In this document: positions 1 through 8,523 of the stretch, piece by piece
Numbering within the stretch: position 1 is the first letter of the stretch
Layout of the letters: every line of letters starts with the position of its first letter
IMG/VR virus record: IMGVR_UViG_3300032782_000002
Origin: a virus
Lineage: Duplodnaviria; Caudoviricetes
Strand: one strand, 5' to 3'
DNA: 64,000 nucleotides
Position numbers and translations under genes: made by a program
The notes under the pieces: generated by a model
Database searches by the model: none
Told to the model about the DNA's origin: nothing
What the model saw: the letters and a program-made list of their open reading frames with translations, nothing else

Positions 1-2
1 GC

Positions 3-611
3 CTCAAGAGGGCCCCCGAACGCCGCGCGACGTTCGAGCGGTCGGCCGCCGCGGTCGGCTTGCAGGACTGGTCCGTGTTCGACGCGATCGACGGACGGGA
101 GAACGCTCACCGGATGCCCCCGCGATCCTCAGGAGGGCGTGGTCTCGGTGGTCAGCTCACCCTCGGGGAGCTGGGATGCTTTCTCTCCCACGTGGCTGTC
201 GTCCGCGAGGCGGTCACGCGCAACCTCGACACGGTGGCCGTCTTCGAGGACGACGTCGTGTTCGCGCGTGAGGCTGCGGAGTCCTGGGCGAAGTTCCGCG
301 CGACGGTGCCGGCGGGCTGGCGCGTTCTGCACCTCGGGATCGCGGGCCAGCAGACACGCGAACGGCGTCGACCACGCTGGCGCCGTATCGTCTACGACGG
401 CTCCGCGACCAAGGCAGCCTGGTCGTGGGGATCGTATGCGTACGTCCTCAATCGTGCCGGCATGCAGGAGTACCTCGACCACCCGTTGATCCAGACCATG
501 GAGTTCCCAGTGGACGGGATCATGCGCGACATGCAGATCAGTGGCGGCTGCTGGCGGCCGACGTGGCCGATTGTGCAGCTGTCGGACGTGCCTTCTACGC
601 TGAGCGAATGA
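3..611 (+). CDS. Glycosyltransferase family 25 (5' partial)
   Basis: Frame is open from the window start: LKRAPERR...FDAIDG...GELGCFLSH...VFEDDVVF, typical GT25 motifs. Confidence 0.85.
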   Translation, partial: LKRAPERRATFERSAAAVGLQDWSVFDAIDGRENAHRMPPRSSGGRGLGGQLTLGELGCFLSHVAVVREAVTRNLDTVAVFEDDVVFAREAAESWAKFRATVPAGWRVLHLGIAGQQTRERRRPRWRRIVYDGSATKAAWSWGSYAYVLNRAGMQEYLDHPLIQTMEFPVDGIMRDMQISGGCWRPTWPIVQLSDVPSTLSE

Positions 612-874
612 TCGAACTGCCCCGGGCTCCCTGGAACGGCCGCGTGCCCTATGTGCCCGGCTCCTGGGATCTGCCGCGCTACCAGCCACCGTGGTGCCGC
701 GATCTCGCCACCATCGATCTCGCAATCATCGTGTGCCCTCGTGGCCACGCCACGCGCATGAGCGCGAGCGTCCATCGCGTCGGTCCCAGCGGCGTCGTGT
801 CGCCGTCCTACGTGTGCACCGTCACGGGCTGCCGGTGGCACGTGTTTCTGCGTCTGGTGGGATGGCCAGGCTAG
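608..874 (+). CDS. Small Cys/His protein, DUF6527-like
   Basis: ATGA overlap with GT25; CPRGH...VSPSYVC..GC.WHVFL pattern. Confidence 0.55.
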   Translation: MIELPRAPWNGRVPYVPGSWDLPRYQPPWCRDLATIDLAIIVCPRGHATRMSASVHRVGPSGVVSPSYVCTVTGCRWHVFLRLVGWPG

Positions 875-1214
875 CCAGCACGGCCTCGGCGACAAGCGGC
901 TCTGTGCGCTCCCACGCCAGGTAGCCGCCTTCATCCACAATGCTGAGACGGTTGTGGATGACCAGCCCGCGCTCGTCGGGCGTGAAGGCGATCTCGCTGT
1001 GGCGGAGACCCTGCACGCGCAGCACGACCTCGCGCAGGCTGTCTTCGGTGTAGATGAACATCGACTTGGGCGGCTTGGGCTCGCGTAGCCCCATGAACAC
1101 GGCGAAGATACCTGTTGCCGGAACGCGCTCGACGATCTCGACGAGCGGGGCGTTGCCGACCAGGCCTGACAACCCCGGCGATAGAATGATCAACGGCGCG
1201 ACGACGACGTTCAT
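822..1214 (-). CDS. Hypothetical protein
   Basis: ATG at 1214 overlaps the stop of the upstream ORF. Confidence 0.55.
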   Translation of the reverse strand: MNVVVAPLIILSPGLSGLVGNAPLVEIVERVPATGIFAVFMGLREPKPPKSMFIYTEDSLREVVLRVQGLRHSEIAFTPDERGLVIHNRLSIVDEGGYLAWERTEPLVAEAVLASLAIPPDAETRATGSP

Positions 1215-1546
1215 GCACCCTCGACTTCGGCCCGTACGGCTACTTCGACGAGAGGCTCTGCGCGCACCCACCCGCTCGCGCGACTGGAATCTCCGGTCAA
1301 CTCCAAGAAGCCCGCCGACTTGGGCACCAGCACGATCGCGCGCTCGCCGTCGAAGGGGACGTCCTCGGTGCCACCCGCGATCTTCACGCGGAGCCAGGTG
1401 TCGCTGTACTCGAACCATGCCTGCGGCGCCCCGAGATCGCAGAGGAAGACGGCGTACAGGTGCCCCGGAGTAGGGCGCCCTTCAACGGCGCGCACACCGT
1501 AGTCGCGATCGAAGGTGTGGCCTGGTACTAGGACAGTCCGTTTCAC
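1211..1546 (-). CDS. Hypothetical protein
   Basis: GTGA-coupled to the upstream ORF; globular composition. Confidence 0.55.
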   Translation of the reverse strand: MKRTVLVPGHTFDRDYGVRAVEGRPTPGHLYAVFLCDLGAPQAWFEYSDTWLRVKIAGGTEDVPFDGERAIVLVPKSAGFLELTGDSSRASGWVRAEPLVEVAVRAEVEGA

Positions 1547-1928
1547 CCCCGACTCCTCGTCGCATTCGTTGCGCGAGACCAGTACCCCGGGTTGGGCCCC
1601 AGGTTCTGGAGCATCATCTGCAGCCACATCTTGCGCCCCATCTCGTCGTAGGCGTCGGCCGCCGCCATCGCGTCTACGGGCGTGTCGAAGATGCCGAGGC
1701 TCACCAAGCGGTCGCCGAGTACGCGCAGTGCGTTGCTCGGCTGGCGCATCCGCAACGCGTAGCGCCCTGAGGGAGTGATCGCGACGTGGTAGAAGCCCCG
1801 ACCGCGCTGGCTCGGGGCTACGATCTCATTCGGGGCGATGTTCCGCCACGCCAGCATCAGCGCCCCGCTCGGGTGCGTGTGCGCGTACGGCTGGCGGTAT
1901 TGGGCGGCTTCATCTCTGCGAGTCTACC

Positions 1929-2135
1929 TCAACGTTCGTTCTTCGTGGGCGTACGGCCCGGTGCGTGGAAGTGGATCTTGCACCGCCGGCAGAAGACGCA
2001 CCAGTCGGTCGGTACGATGCCGATGCGGCACCGCATGATCATCATGTTGCCGATCGTCGGGTTGCCGTTGGGCTCCTCGGTCGGCCCGCCACACCGGCGG
2101 CACGGAGGGAGTTGTTTGTTCGGCGTGGGCTGCAT
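1929..2135 (-). CDS. Small zinc-ribbon protein
   Basis: CRRC...CRRC pairs. Confidence 0.5.
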   Translation of the reverse strand: MQPTPNKQLPPCRRCGGPTEEPNGNPTIGNMMIMRCRIGIVPTDWCVFCRRCKIHFHAPGRTPTKNER

Positions 2136-2161
2136 CAGAGACCTTTCAGCGTAGCAGACGC

Positions 2162-2189
2162 TTGCGCTTCAATCAGATCGTGATAGACA
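2162..2189 (+). promoter_or_regulatory. Putative promoter (16-bp spacer family)
   Basis: TTGCGC-TTCAATCAGATCGTGA-TAGACA; near-identical to the minus-strand promoter at 48227-48254. Confidence 0.6.
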
Positions 2190-2204
2190 GTCGATTCACA
2201 TCCT

Positions 2205-2705
2205 ATGAGCATGACCATCAGCCAGGGCCTGCGTCGCATCTCGAAGCTCAAGGGCCAGCTCTCCGAGCTGCAGAACCGCGCGTCGGCCGCCGTCACGCAC
2301 CTGGCCGACCAGGAGCCCGCGTTCGCGTTCAGCGCCTCGATGGAGCAGATCGCCAAGGTGCGCACCGAGCTGCTCGCCCTGCAGACGGCCGTCGCCATCG
2401 CCAACGCCACGACGACGATCGTGTGGGACGGCAACGGCATGACGCTCGCCCTCGCGCGTCGGACGCTCGACGAGCTGCGCGGCGAGATCGCCTGGCTGCA
2501 GAAGCTGCCCGTCAAGGCGCACGAGAAGAACGTCGTCGCGACGCGCGATCACGACGGCGAGAAGTACATCACCGTGACGCAGACGTTCACGTGCCACCTG
2601 CCCGAGGCCAAGCGCGCCGATCGCGTCCAGGCCCTGCAGGACCGCTTCGACAAGCTCAACGACATCGTCGAGACCACCAACCACAAGACCACCCTCGGTA
2701 GCTGA
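2205..2705 (+). CDS. DIP1984/septicolysin-like coiled-coil protein
   Basis: MTISQGLRRISKL...LQTAVAIANATTTI...MTLALA...LNDIVETTNHKTTL fits the family pattern as recalled. Confidence 0.75.
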   Translation: MSMTISQGLRRISKLKGQLSELQNRASAAVTHLADQEPAFAFSASMEQIAKVRTELLALQTAVAIANATTTIVWDGNGMTLALARRTLDELRGEIAWLQKLPVKAHEKNVVATRDHDGEKYITVTQTFTCHLPEAKRADRVQALQDRFDKLNDIVETTNHKTTLGS

Positions 2706-2711
2706 TCCAGC

Positions 2712-2956
2712 TGCCGGCGGGCGGCGGGAGGAGAGCCGACCCGGGAATACGACGAGCAACGCCGGGCTGCGGTAACCCCGCAAGATCAAAACCGGCACGA
2801 CCCTTCGAAAAGGTCGTCCCCGATACCGGCAAGGACCCTCGTCAGAGGGTCAGAGGTCAGCTGTCACAACGATCAGCCGTTAGCACTCAGCGCCCAGCGC
2901 GAGCACGGATTGTCCGTATGGCTTCCGTGTCGAGCCCCCAGCTGTCGTCGTCCCGA
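2712..2956 (+). ncRNA. Putative structured ncRNA with 7-nt-periodic YCAG repeats
   Basis: 5' and 3' ends pair (gggcggcgg/tcgtcgtcc; gccgacccgggaatac/gtatggcttccgtgtcgagc); internal hairpins acgacc..ggtcgt and gaccctc-gtca-gagggtc; repeat tract at 2842-2904. Confidence 0.65.
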
Positions 2957-2960
2957 CCTC

Positions 2961-3137
2961 TTACTCGTCGTCCGAACGGGGCGGTGCTTCCCGTCGTCCG
3001 CCGGCAAGCTGGATCAGCCTGGCGAGCGTGCCGCGCCAGGTAGTCGGCGGCCGCCCGGTGGGCGGGGCGTCGTCCTGCTCGCCCCGGATTGCCTGCAGAA
3101 ACCCCTCCACCCAGCTCGTGTCGACCTTGCGCGTCAC
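2961..3137 (-). CDS. Small hypothetical protein
   Basis: GTGA-coupled to the SDR gene. Confidence 0.45.
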   Translation of the reverse strand: MTRKVDTSWVEGFLQAIRGEQDDAPPTGRPPTTWRGTLARLIQLAGGRREAPPRSDDE

Positions 3138-3799
3138 GGCATGATCCTCCGTAGCTTGCCGGCCTCGGGCTCGGGCTCGGCCCAGTACTCGGTCCCCTCG
3201 CGGACGCTCACCAGACGCCCCGTGACGTGCCGGCCGGCGGCGCTGGTCAGCCAGTCCACGAGCGCCACGGCGGCGTCTGCAGAGGCCCCCTGCCAGCCCG
3301 TTAGGCGGGTGGCGACCTGGCCGGGGGCGACGCTGTTCACCCTCGTCCCCGGGTACCTGGCGGCCAGGCACTCGGCCATCTGCACGACCGCCGCCTTCGT
3401 CGCGGTGTAGAGGGCGTCCACGTCAGCCCCCGGGTGCGGTCCCCCGACTCCCCCGCCCGAGAAGAGCACGATGCTCTCCGGCCGGTAGACCAGCGCCTCC
3501 TGGCACAAGCGCCACGTCCCGAGCACGTTGGTCTCGATGACGGCGTTGTCGCGGCCGCTGATGGTGCCGGCCGTGTTGATGACGATGTCCAAGCCCCCGA
3601 GCGCCAGGTGAGCCTTGCGTACGATGTCGTGCGCGTCCTGGGCCACGTGGCCGTGCGCGCCGTACACGCCCAGCCGATCGCAGATGTCCTCGATGCCGTA
3701 GCGGGCGGTGATGAAGACGGCGTCGCCGCGCTGCTTGAAGTGGGTGGTGATGGCCAGCCCGATGCCCCGGGATCCCCCGACGACCAGAACTCGCTTCAC
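3134..3799 (-). CDS. Short-chain dehydrogenase/reductase (SDR)
   Basis: GGSRGIG, INTAG, YTATK, RVNSVAPG motifs. Confidence 0.9.
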   Translation of the reverse strand: MKRVLVVGGSRGIGLAITTHFKQRGDAVFITARYGIEDICDRLGVYGAHGHVAQDAHDIVRKAHLALGGLDIVINTAGTISGRDNAVIETNVLGTWRLCQEALVYRPESIVLFSGGGVGGPHPGADVDALYTATKAAVVQMAECLAARYPGTRVNSVAPGQVATRLTGWQGASADAAVALVDWLTSAAGRHVTGRLVSVREGTEYWAEPEPEAGKLRRIMP

Positions 3800-5583
3800 T
3801 TACACACCGCGTGGATGGCGATGTACTTGTTGGTCACCGTGCCACCGAAGTCGCGCAGCGTGCCCGTGTTCCACACGAGTCGCTCGTAGTCATCGCCCCC
3901 GAAGTGCTGCCAGAACATGGCCTCGGTGAGGTTGTGCGGATGTCCCTCGCACACGCCCAGATCGATCCACTCGAAGATGCGCACGGCCCGGCCCATCGCG
4001 ACGACCTTGCGCAAGATGGCGTGCGGGTCGTCGACGTGCTGCAGGCAGTTGTAGATCCAGACCTCGTCGAAGACGCGGTCGTTGGGCATGTCCTCGGCCT
4101 TGACGTTGAGGAACTCAACGTTGGCATCGGCGTAGCGCTTGCGGGTCTCGTCGGACACGGCGAGCGGATCGACACCCCGGCTTCTCCCGTGGACCGACCG
4201 CTGCAGCATCGACACCGGCCCGCAGCCCACGTCGAGGATGGTCTTGGTGCCGTAGTTGGCGTCGTCCGGCATGTCCATCAGCCGCGCGTAGGTCGCCTGC
4301 TTGCGGATCTCCTCGTCCCAGCGCGCGTTCCAGTCCAGGCCCCACCACGAGCGCTCGAAGTGCTGGGCCTTCTCCCACTCGCTCGTCTCGGGCTCGATCG
4401 GCGGCGGCTCGTGCGGCCGCTTCGTGTCGACGCGCATGTGTGGCGCCAAGGTCGGGTAGTCGCGCGTCAGCCAGTCGAGCTGCGTGCGGTTCGGGTTGGG
4501 CATGAAGAAGCCCGTCCGCCGGACGTTCAGGACCTGCTGGAAGTACTCCTCGTACATGAGCGCGACGCGCTCCAGCGAGAAGTTGTCCGCCGCCCACGCA
4601 TGGATGGCCCCGGGATCCAGCTTGTCGATGCCGTGCTTCACGGCCCAGACGAACTGCTCCATGGTGCGGCAGCGGAACCCCGAGATCCCCTGCAGGACCG
4701 TTTCCGGGAAGACTCCCCAATCGGTCGTGATGACGGGTGTGCCCGACAGCATGGCCTCGACATGTACGCCGCAGAACGGCTCGACGTAGAGCGTCGGGGT
4801 GAGCACGGCGCGCGCCTTGGCGAGCAACTTCCGGCGCCCCTCGATCCCCACGGGAGGCAGATACCGCACGTGCTTGCTGTCGCGCAGGAACGGCGCCGGA
4901 TCGCCCTGCCCCACGATCGCGATCTTCATGCCCGCGCGCTTGGCGACGTCGATGGCCAGCGCGACGCCCTTGTCCGTGTTGAGGCGCCCCAGGTAGAGCA
5001 GCTCGTCCTCGCGCTCGTTCATGCGCGGGTTGAAGTCGAACATGGACAGGTCGAACGCGTTGGGGATGACCGCCCAGTAGAACTTGTTGCCGCTGAACAG
5101 GTCCGCCGCGCCCATGTGCATGTGCATCCACGCGTACGACTCGTAGACGCGGTAGTTCGACCAGCTATGGCGGTAGCCGATGCCGCTCTCGATCTGGAAC
5201 TGCGGGACGCCCTCGCAGGCCGTGCGCTGCGTACCGCCCCAGGTCAGGCAGATGATGTCCTCGTTGGGTCGCCCCATGCGCTTCTGGATGGCTGCCTTGG
5301 TGCTTGCCGCCCACGCCGCATGGAACGGCGCGTACTTGCCGCCCGTCTCCAGATCGTAGAACGCCGTCCCCGGCTTGTTGTAGAGGGCCTTCCAGTCCTT
5401 GTGGCTCGCGACGACGACGTTCTCGGTGCAGACCGGATCGGAGCCCTCGTTGCCGTAGTGGAAGACCTCGTGACCGCGATCGGTCATCATCTTGCAGAGG
5501 TTGCGCACCTTCACGGTGAAGGCGCACGTGGTGAACTCGTCGGACGTCTTGGTGTGGGGCAGGCCGAGAATGTGGATGCGCAT
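3796..5583 (-). CDS. GT4 glycosyltransferase fused to a class I SAM methyltransferase
   Basis: LYLGRLNTDKG and EPFCGVHVEAMLSGTPVITTD (GT4); ILDVGCG...NCLQHVDDP (SAM MTase). Confidence 0.9.
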   Translation of the reverse strand: MRIHILGLPHTKTSDEFTTCAFTVKVRNLCKMMTDRGHEVFHYGNEGSDPVCTENVVVASHKDWKALYNKPGTAFYDLETGGKYAPFHAAWAASTKAAIQKRMGRPNEDIICLTWGGTQRTACEGVPQFQIESGIGYRHSWSNYRVYESYAWMHMHMGAADLFSGNKFYWAVIPNAFDLSMFDFNPRMNEREDELLYLGRLNTDKGVALAIDVAKRAGMKIAIVGQGDPAPFLRDSKHVRYLPPVGIEGRRKLLAKARAVLTPTLYVEPFCGVHVEAMLSGTPVITTDWGVFPETVLQGISGFRCRTMEQFVWAVKHGIDKLDPGAIHAWAADNFSLERVALMYEEYFQQVLNVRRTGFFMPNPNRTQLDWLTRDYPTLAPHMRVDTKRPHEPPPIEPETSEWEKAQHFERSWWGLDWNARWDEEIRKQATYARLMDMPDDANYGTKTILDVGCGPVSMLQRSVHGRSRGVDPLAVSDETRKRYADANVEFLNVKAEDMPNDRVFDEVWIYNCLQHVDDPHAILRKVVAMGRAVRIFEWIDLGVCEGHPHNLTEAMFWQHFGGDDYERLVWNTGTLRDFGGTVTNKYIAIHAVCK

Positions 5584-5586
5584 CTC

Positions 5587-5841
5587 TCACTCGAAGGGTT
5601 CGGGGGATCGATCGTTCAGGTTGGCACCGGCAGGCGGCGGGGGCGGATCGCCGCTCGGCTGCCGCGCGAGCGTCACGGGGCCGACGGGGCCCCGCATGAT
5701 GGCACTGATGCGGTAGCGTGCGCGCAGCGGGAACTGCTTGCTGCGCAGCACCGTCACGAGCGCCGCCTCCAGCTCCTTGGGCGTGACGTCGCGATCGAAG
5801 TCGAACTGCATCACCAGCGACAGGCTGTGCTTGGCGCTCAT
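5587..5841 (-). CDS. Hypothetical protein
   Basis: ORF directly upstream of and co-oriented with the GT4 gene. Confidence 0.5.
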   Translation of the reverse strand: MSAKHSLSLVMQFDFDRDVTPKELEAALVTVLRSKQFPLRARYRISAIMRGPVGPVTLARQPSGDPPPPPAGANLNDRSPEPFE

Positions 5842-5903
5842 CTAGCGGCCGAGCTTAGACCAGCGAGCTGAGCGTGTGTAGTTTTGGTGTAGACGCGCGG
5901 TGC

Positions 5904-5931
5904 TTGACAGGTCGTGTTCGCTCGGTATGGT
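5904..5931 (+). promoter_or_regulatory. Putative sigma70-type promoter
   Basis: TTGACA-16 bp-TATGGT upstream of ORF 6058. Confidence 0.55.
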
Positions 5932-6057
5932 TGGGGCTGCGGCTAGCACCCGCTGCGTCATCCCTGCCCTGGCGACCGCCCCTACCAACCGCGGGACGGT
6001 CAACGAACGAAGGACGGGTTCAGGACGTAGGTCAACCAACTCACGTGGTGATCCGTC

Positions 6058-6453
6058 ATGTCAGCACAGCTCAAGATCCTTCAGGCCGTTCAGCACGCGG
6101 AGAAGCTCGCGGAGCTTCGCGGGATCCTCAAGTTTCTCAAGGCGGCCAAGCAGACTACGACGTACGTGCCTGTGGCGATGGCGCTCGGCATGTTCAGCGG
6201 CAGCGCGGCGCTCGCCGGGATGCTCGGTGAGATCCAGGTGGAGGACTCCACGATGGGTGCGCCCTTCCTGTCCTCGCTCGTCGTCAGCTCCGTCACCGGC
6301 ATTCCCGGCAAGGGCTACTTCGACCACGCGCGCAAGCTCGGGTGCTCGATCGGCAAGAGCCCGAACGACGAGCTGGAATTCTGGCTGAACCAGCTTCAGA
6401 CGCTCGGCGTGCCCGCGCAGGGCACCATGCTGTCGTGCTCATGCTCGACCTGA
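6058..6453 (+). CDS. Putative winged-helix DNA-binding protein
   Basis: TTY...LG...LGEI...PFLSSLVV...GIPGKGYF pattern of a small wHTH family. Confidence 0.55.
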   Translation: MSAQLKILQAVQHAEKLAELRGILKFLKAAKQTTTYVPVAMALGMFSGSAALAGMLGEIQVEDSTMGAPFLSSLVVSSVTGIPGKGYFDHARKLGCSIGKSPNDELEFWLNQLQTLGVPAQGTMLSCSCST

Positions 6454-6773
6454 ACGACGAGCCGCTCGCGCAAGAGGCTCTTCGCGCCGTACAGGAGTGT
6501 AACCTCGCCGCGCTGCTCGATGCGTGCGCCGCGGTGGGGTACACCGAGATCCTCGTCGAGGCGGGGAGTGTCACGGCGTACTGGCCGGGTAAGTGGAACC
6601 ACGTGCGCGGCCCCGAGGATGGCGGGGGATGGCCCATGCTCTGGGTCATCATCCGGGCTACGCATTACGACCGCAGGGCTGGCGGTCACCACCAGCGGGC
6701 GATCGATCCGCGTGCGTTGCCGCTAGGGCGGTTCTCGTGTGTGCGCGACGCGTCGGCTTCTTCTGGTGGGTAG
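6441..6773 (+). CDS. Hypothetical protein
   Basis: ATG overlaps the end of the previous gene. Confidence 0.55.
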   Translation: MLDLNDEPLAQEALRAVQECNLAALLDACAAVGYTEILVEAGSVTAYWPGKWNHVRGPEDGGGWPMLWVIIRATHYDRRAGGHHQRAIDPRALPLGRFSCVRDASASSGG

Positions 6774-6783
6774 AGCGAGAGTC

Positions 6784-7413
6784 TCAGTCGACCTTGAACC
6801 GGGCGTACTTGTGATCGAGCGTCAGTGTGAACGTCGTGACGCTGTCGACAGGGATCAGATACCGCGATCTGTCACCAGTCACGATGAAGAAGTAGTCGAC
6901 GTCCGCGCTGGAGTACAGGATGCGCCGTCGCCGACCGTTGGCGTTGGCTGGGCTGGTGGCGTTGTAGGCAGCACGATACGCATGTACGGTCCACCGACCG
7001 GACTTACCCTTCTGGTTCGTGGACTTCACCTGCACGCGGATGAGGCCCTGGTCGGACTCGACAACGAGATCGTAGCGCACCGGATCGACTGGGATGCTCG
7101 GAGTGTAACCGCGACTCAGGAACCAGTGGATGGCGTCGCCGATGGCAGCCGATCGCAGCTGGCGCGCATGTGGGTGACGACTGAATACGCTGGGCCGTTC
7201 GTGTGCAGGGACGCGTGGCGGTCGAACAAGTACAGCCGCATCGAGGCTGCGCAAGATGCCCATGCGGCGCACTCGCTTGAACACGGTGACGGGATCCTCG
7301 CAGAGCACTGACGCGATCTTGCGGCAACCGAGGCCGATCTCGTACAAGGGTCGTATCCTTGCGTCCAGCGCCACCATCTCTTTCTTCAGCCTCTTGGGTC
7401 GCCTGGCGTGCAT
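6784..7413 (-). CDS. PD-(D/E)XK endonuclease, group I intron-associated type, with N-terminal HTH
   Basis: YDLVVE...RVQVKS...YSSADVDYFFIV motifs; lies directly downstream of the tRNA array. Confidence 0.8.
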   Translation of the reverse strand: MHARRPKRLKKEMVALDARIRPLYEIGLGCRKIASVLCEDPVTVFKRVRRMGILRSLDAAVLVRPPRVPAHERPSVFSRHPHARQLRSAAIGDAIHWFLSRGYTPSIPVDPVRYDLVVESDQGLIRVQVKSTNQKGKSGRWTVHAYRAAYNATSPANANGRRRRILYSSADVDYFFIVTGDRSRYLIPVDSVTTFTLTLDHKYARFKVD

Positions 7414-7429
7414 GGCTCTCGCGCCTTTG

Positions 7430-7503
7430 TACCAACGGTCCGATTCGAACGGACACTGTACACGGTCTGAACGTGTTGCCTCTACCAGTTGGGCTACGTT
7501 GGC
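7430..7503 (-). tRNA. tRNA-Leu(CAG), short variable arm
   Basis: Cloverleaf; anticodon arm ACACG-TT CAG AC-CGTGT; TTCGAAT T-loop. Confidence 0.9.
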
Positions 7504-7536
7504 GTGTCAGTAGGTGGTGCGGCCACCTACCCGTAG

Positions 7537-7621
7537 TGCGCACGAGAGGAGTCGAACCTCCACAGGGCTTTCGCCCCGCCAGCACCTCAAGCTGGTGTGT
7601 CTGCCATTCCACCACGTGCGC
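7537..7621 (-). tRNA. tRNA-Leu(GAG)
   Basis: CCAGC-TT GAG GT-GCTGG; long variable arm. Confidence 0.95.
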
Positions 7622-7626
7622 GTTGT

Positions 7627-7654
7627 TTGCAACTTGATACGGATCAGATAAGGT
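7627..7654 (+). promoter_or_regulatory. Putative promoter (16-bp spacer family)
   Basis: TTGCAA-CTTGATACGGATCAGA-TAAGGT just before ORF 7664. Confidence 0.5.
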
Positions 7655-7663
7655 CGGTTCCTG

Positions 7664-8347
7664 TTGGTCTCGTGGAAGTCCTACCGGCCGTCGAGAGTGC
7701 TGACCCCGTACGAGGGCCGTCAGGTTGTACGGGTGCAGGCTGCACTGATGCAGGCCATCGCGCGGGCCGGCGTCAAGATCGAACGTCTTGATAACCCCAG
7801 AGTCCACGCTGTCTACCGGCCGTTGACGAAGACCATCATGCTGACGTCCACGCCGTACCCGCCGTGGGGTCCTCCGCCAGCTGTAGAGCGCCTGTTTACG
7901 CTGGCGCACGAGTTCGGGCACTTCAAGAGTCACGTGCGACACGCCAAAGTGGGGCGTCGAGTCGATCTCGGAAGCGTGCCGCACCAGCTCTTCGAGGAGT
8001 CGCGTGCGTGGAACGAAGCGGGGTACCTGCTGCGCTACTACAGACTGCGGGGCGCGCGCCTGTGGCACTGGTTCGCGCAGGCTGTCGGCATGGCGTTGTG
8101 GCTGAGTGTCAGCGACTACACCGACTACTTCTGGCTGACCGACAAGCTGCGTCGCCAGCGCGTGCGATGTCCGCGATGCCGATCGCGAGCGTTGGTCGTA
8201 CGCAGCTCGTGTGCGGAGCACGCGCTGCTGTGTCGGGCGTGCAAGGCGCACACTCCATCGACGAGATCAGTCGAAAAGTTGGCGGCGCGGATACGTGGCT
8301 CTCGATTCGGCGGTCTTTGCCGATGTCGTCGCGGCTGCACGCCGTAG
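7664..8347 (+). CDS. ImmA/IrrE-like HExxH metallopeptidase with C-terminal zinc ribbon
   Basis: FTLAHEFGH, downstream EESRAW, CPRC...CRAC. Confidence 0.65.
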   Translation: MVSWKSYRPSRVLTPYEGRQVVRVQAALMQAIARAGVKIERLDNPRVHAVYRPLTKTIMLTSTPYPPWGPPPAVERLFTLAHEFGHFKSHVRHAKVGRRVDLGSVPHQLFEESRAWNEAGYLLRYYRLRGARLWHWFAQAVGMALWLSVSDYTDYFWLTDKLRRQRVRCPRCRSRALVVRSSCAEHALLCRACKAHTPSTRSVEKLAARIRGSRFGGLCRCRRGCTP

Positions 8348-8381
8348 CTCCGGGCTTGGGAGTAGTTCCGGGCTTGGGAGT
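8346..8381. repeat. 18-bp tandem duplication of the tRNA-Gln 3' end
   Basis: agctccgggcttgggagt followed by agttccgggcttgggagt. Confidence 0.85.
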
Positions 8382-8442
8382 CGAACCCAATTCACTCTGG
8401 CCCCGCTTCAAAGGCGGGAGGACGAACGCGTCGCAACCCGGA
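8366..8442 (-). tRNA. tRNA-Gln(TTG), atypical D and variable regions
   Basis: CCCGC-CT TTG AA-GCGGG; T arm TTGGG-TTCGACT-CCCAA. Confidence 0.75.
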
Positions 8443-8443
8443 G

Positions 8444-8517
8444 TGCGCACGCTGGGAGTCGAACCCAGAGACCGGTGGGTTTGGGCCACCGAGGTTTGCC
8501 GGTTACCTCACGTGCGC
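8444..8517 (-). tRNA. tRNA-Leu(CAA), short variable arm, C33
   Basis: GGTGG-CC CAA AC-CCACC. Confidence 0.8.
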
Positions 8518-8523
8518 GATCAG

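Noticed and set aside
3811-5871. 686-aa plus-strand ORF, and many similar long overlapping ORFs across the window
   Set aside because: Antisense shadows of well-supported genes in high-GC DNA, with no recognisable motifs
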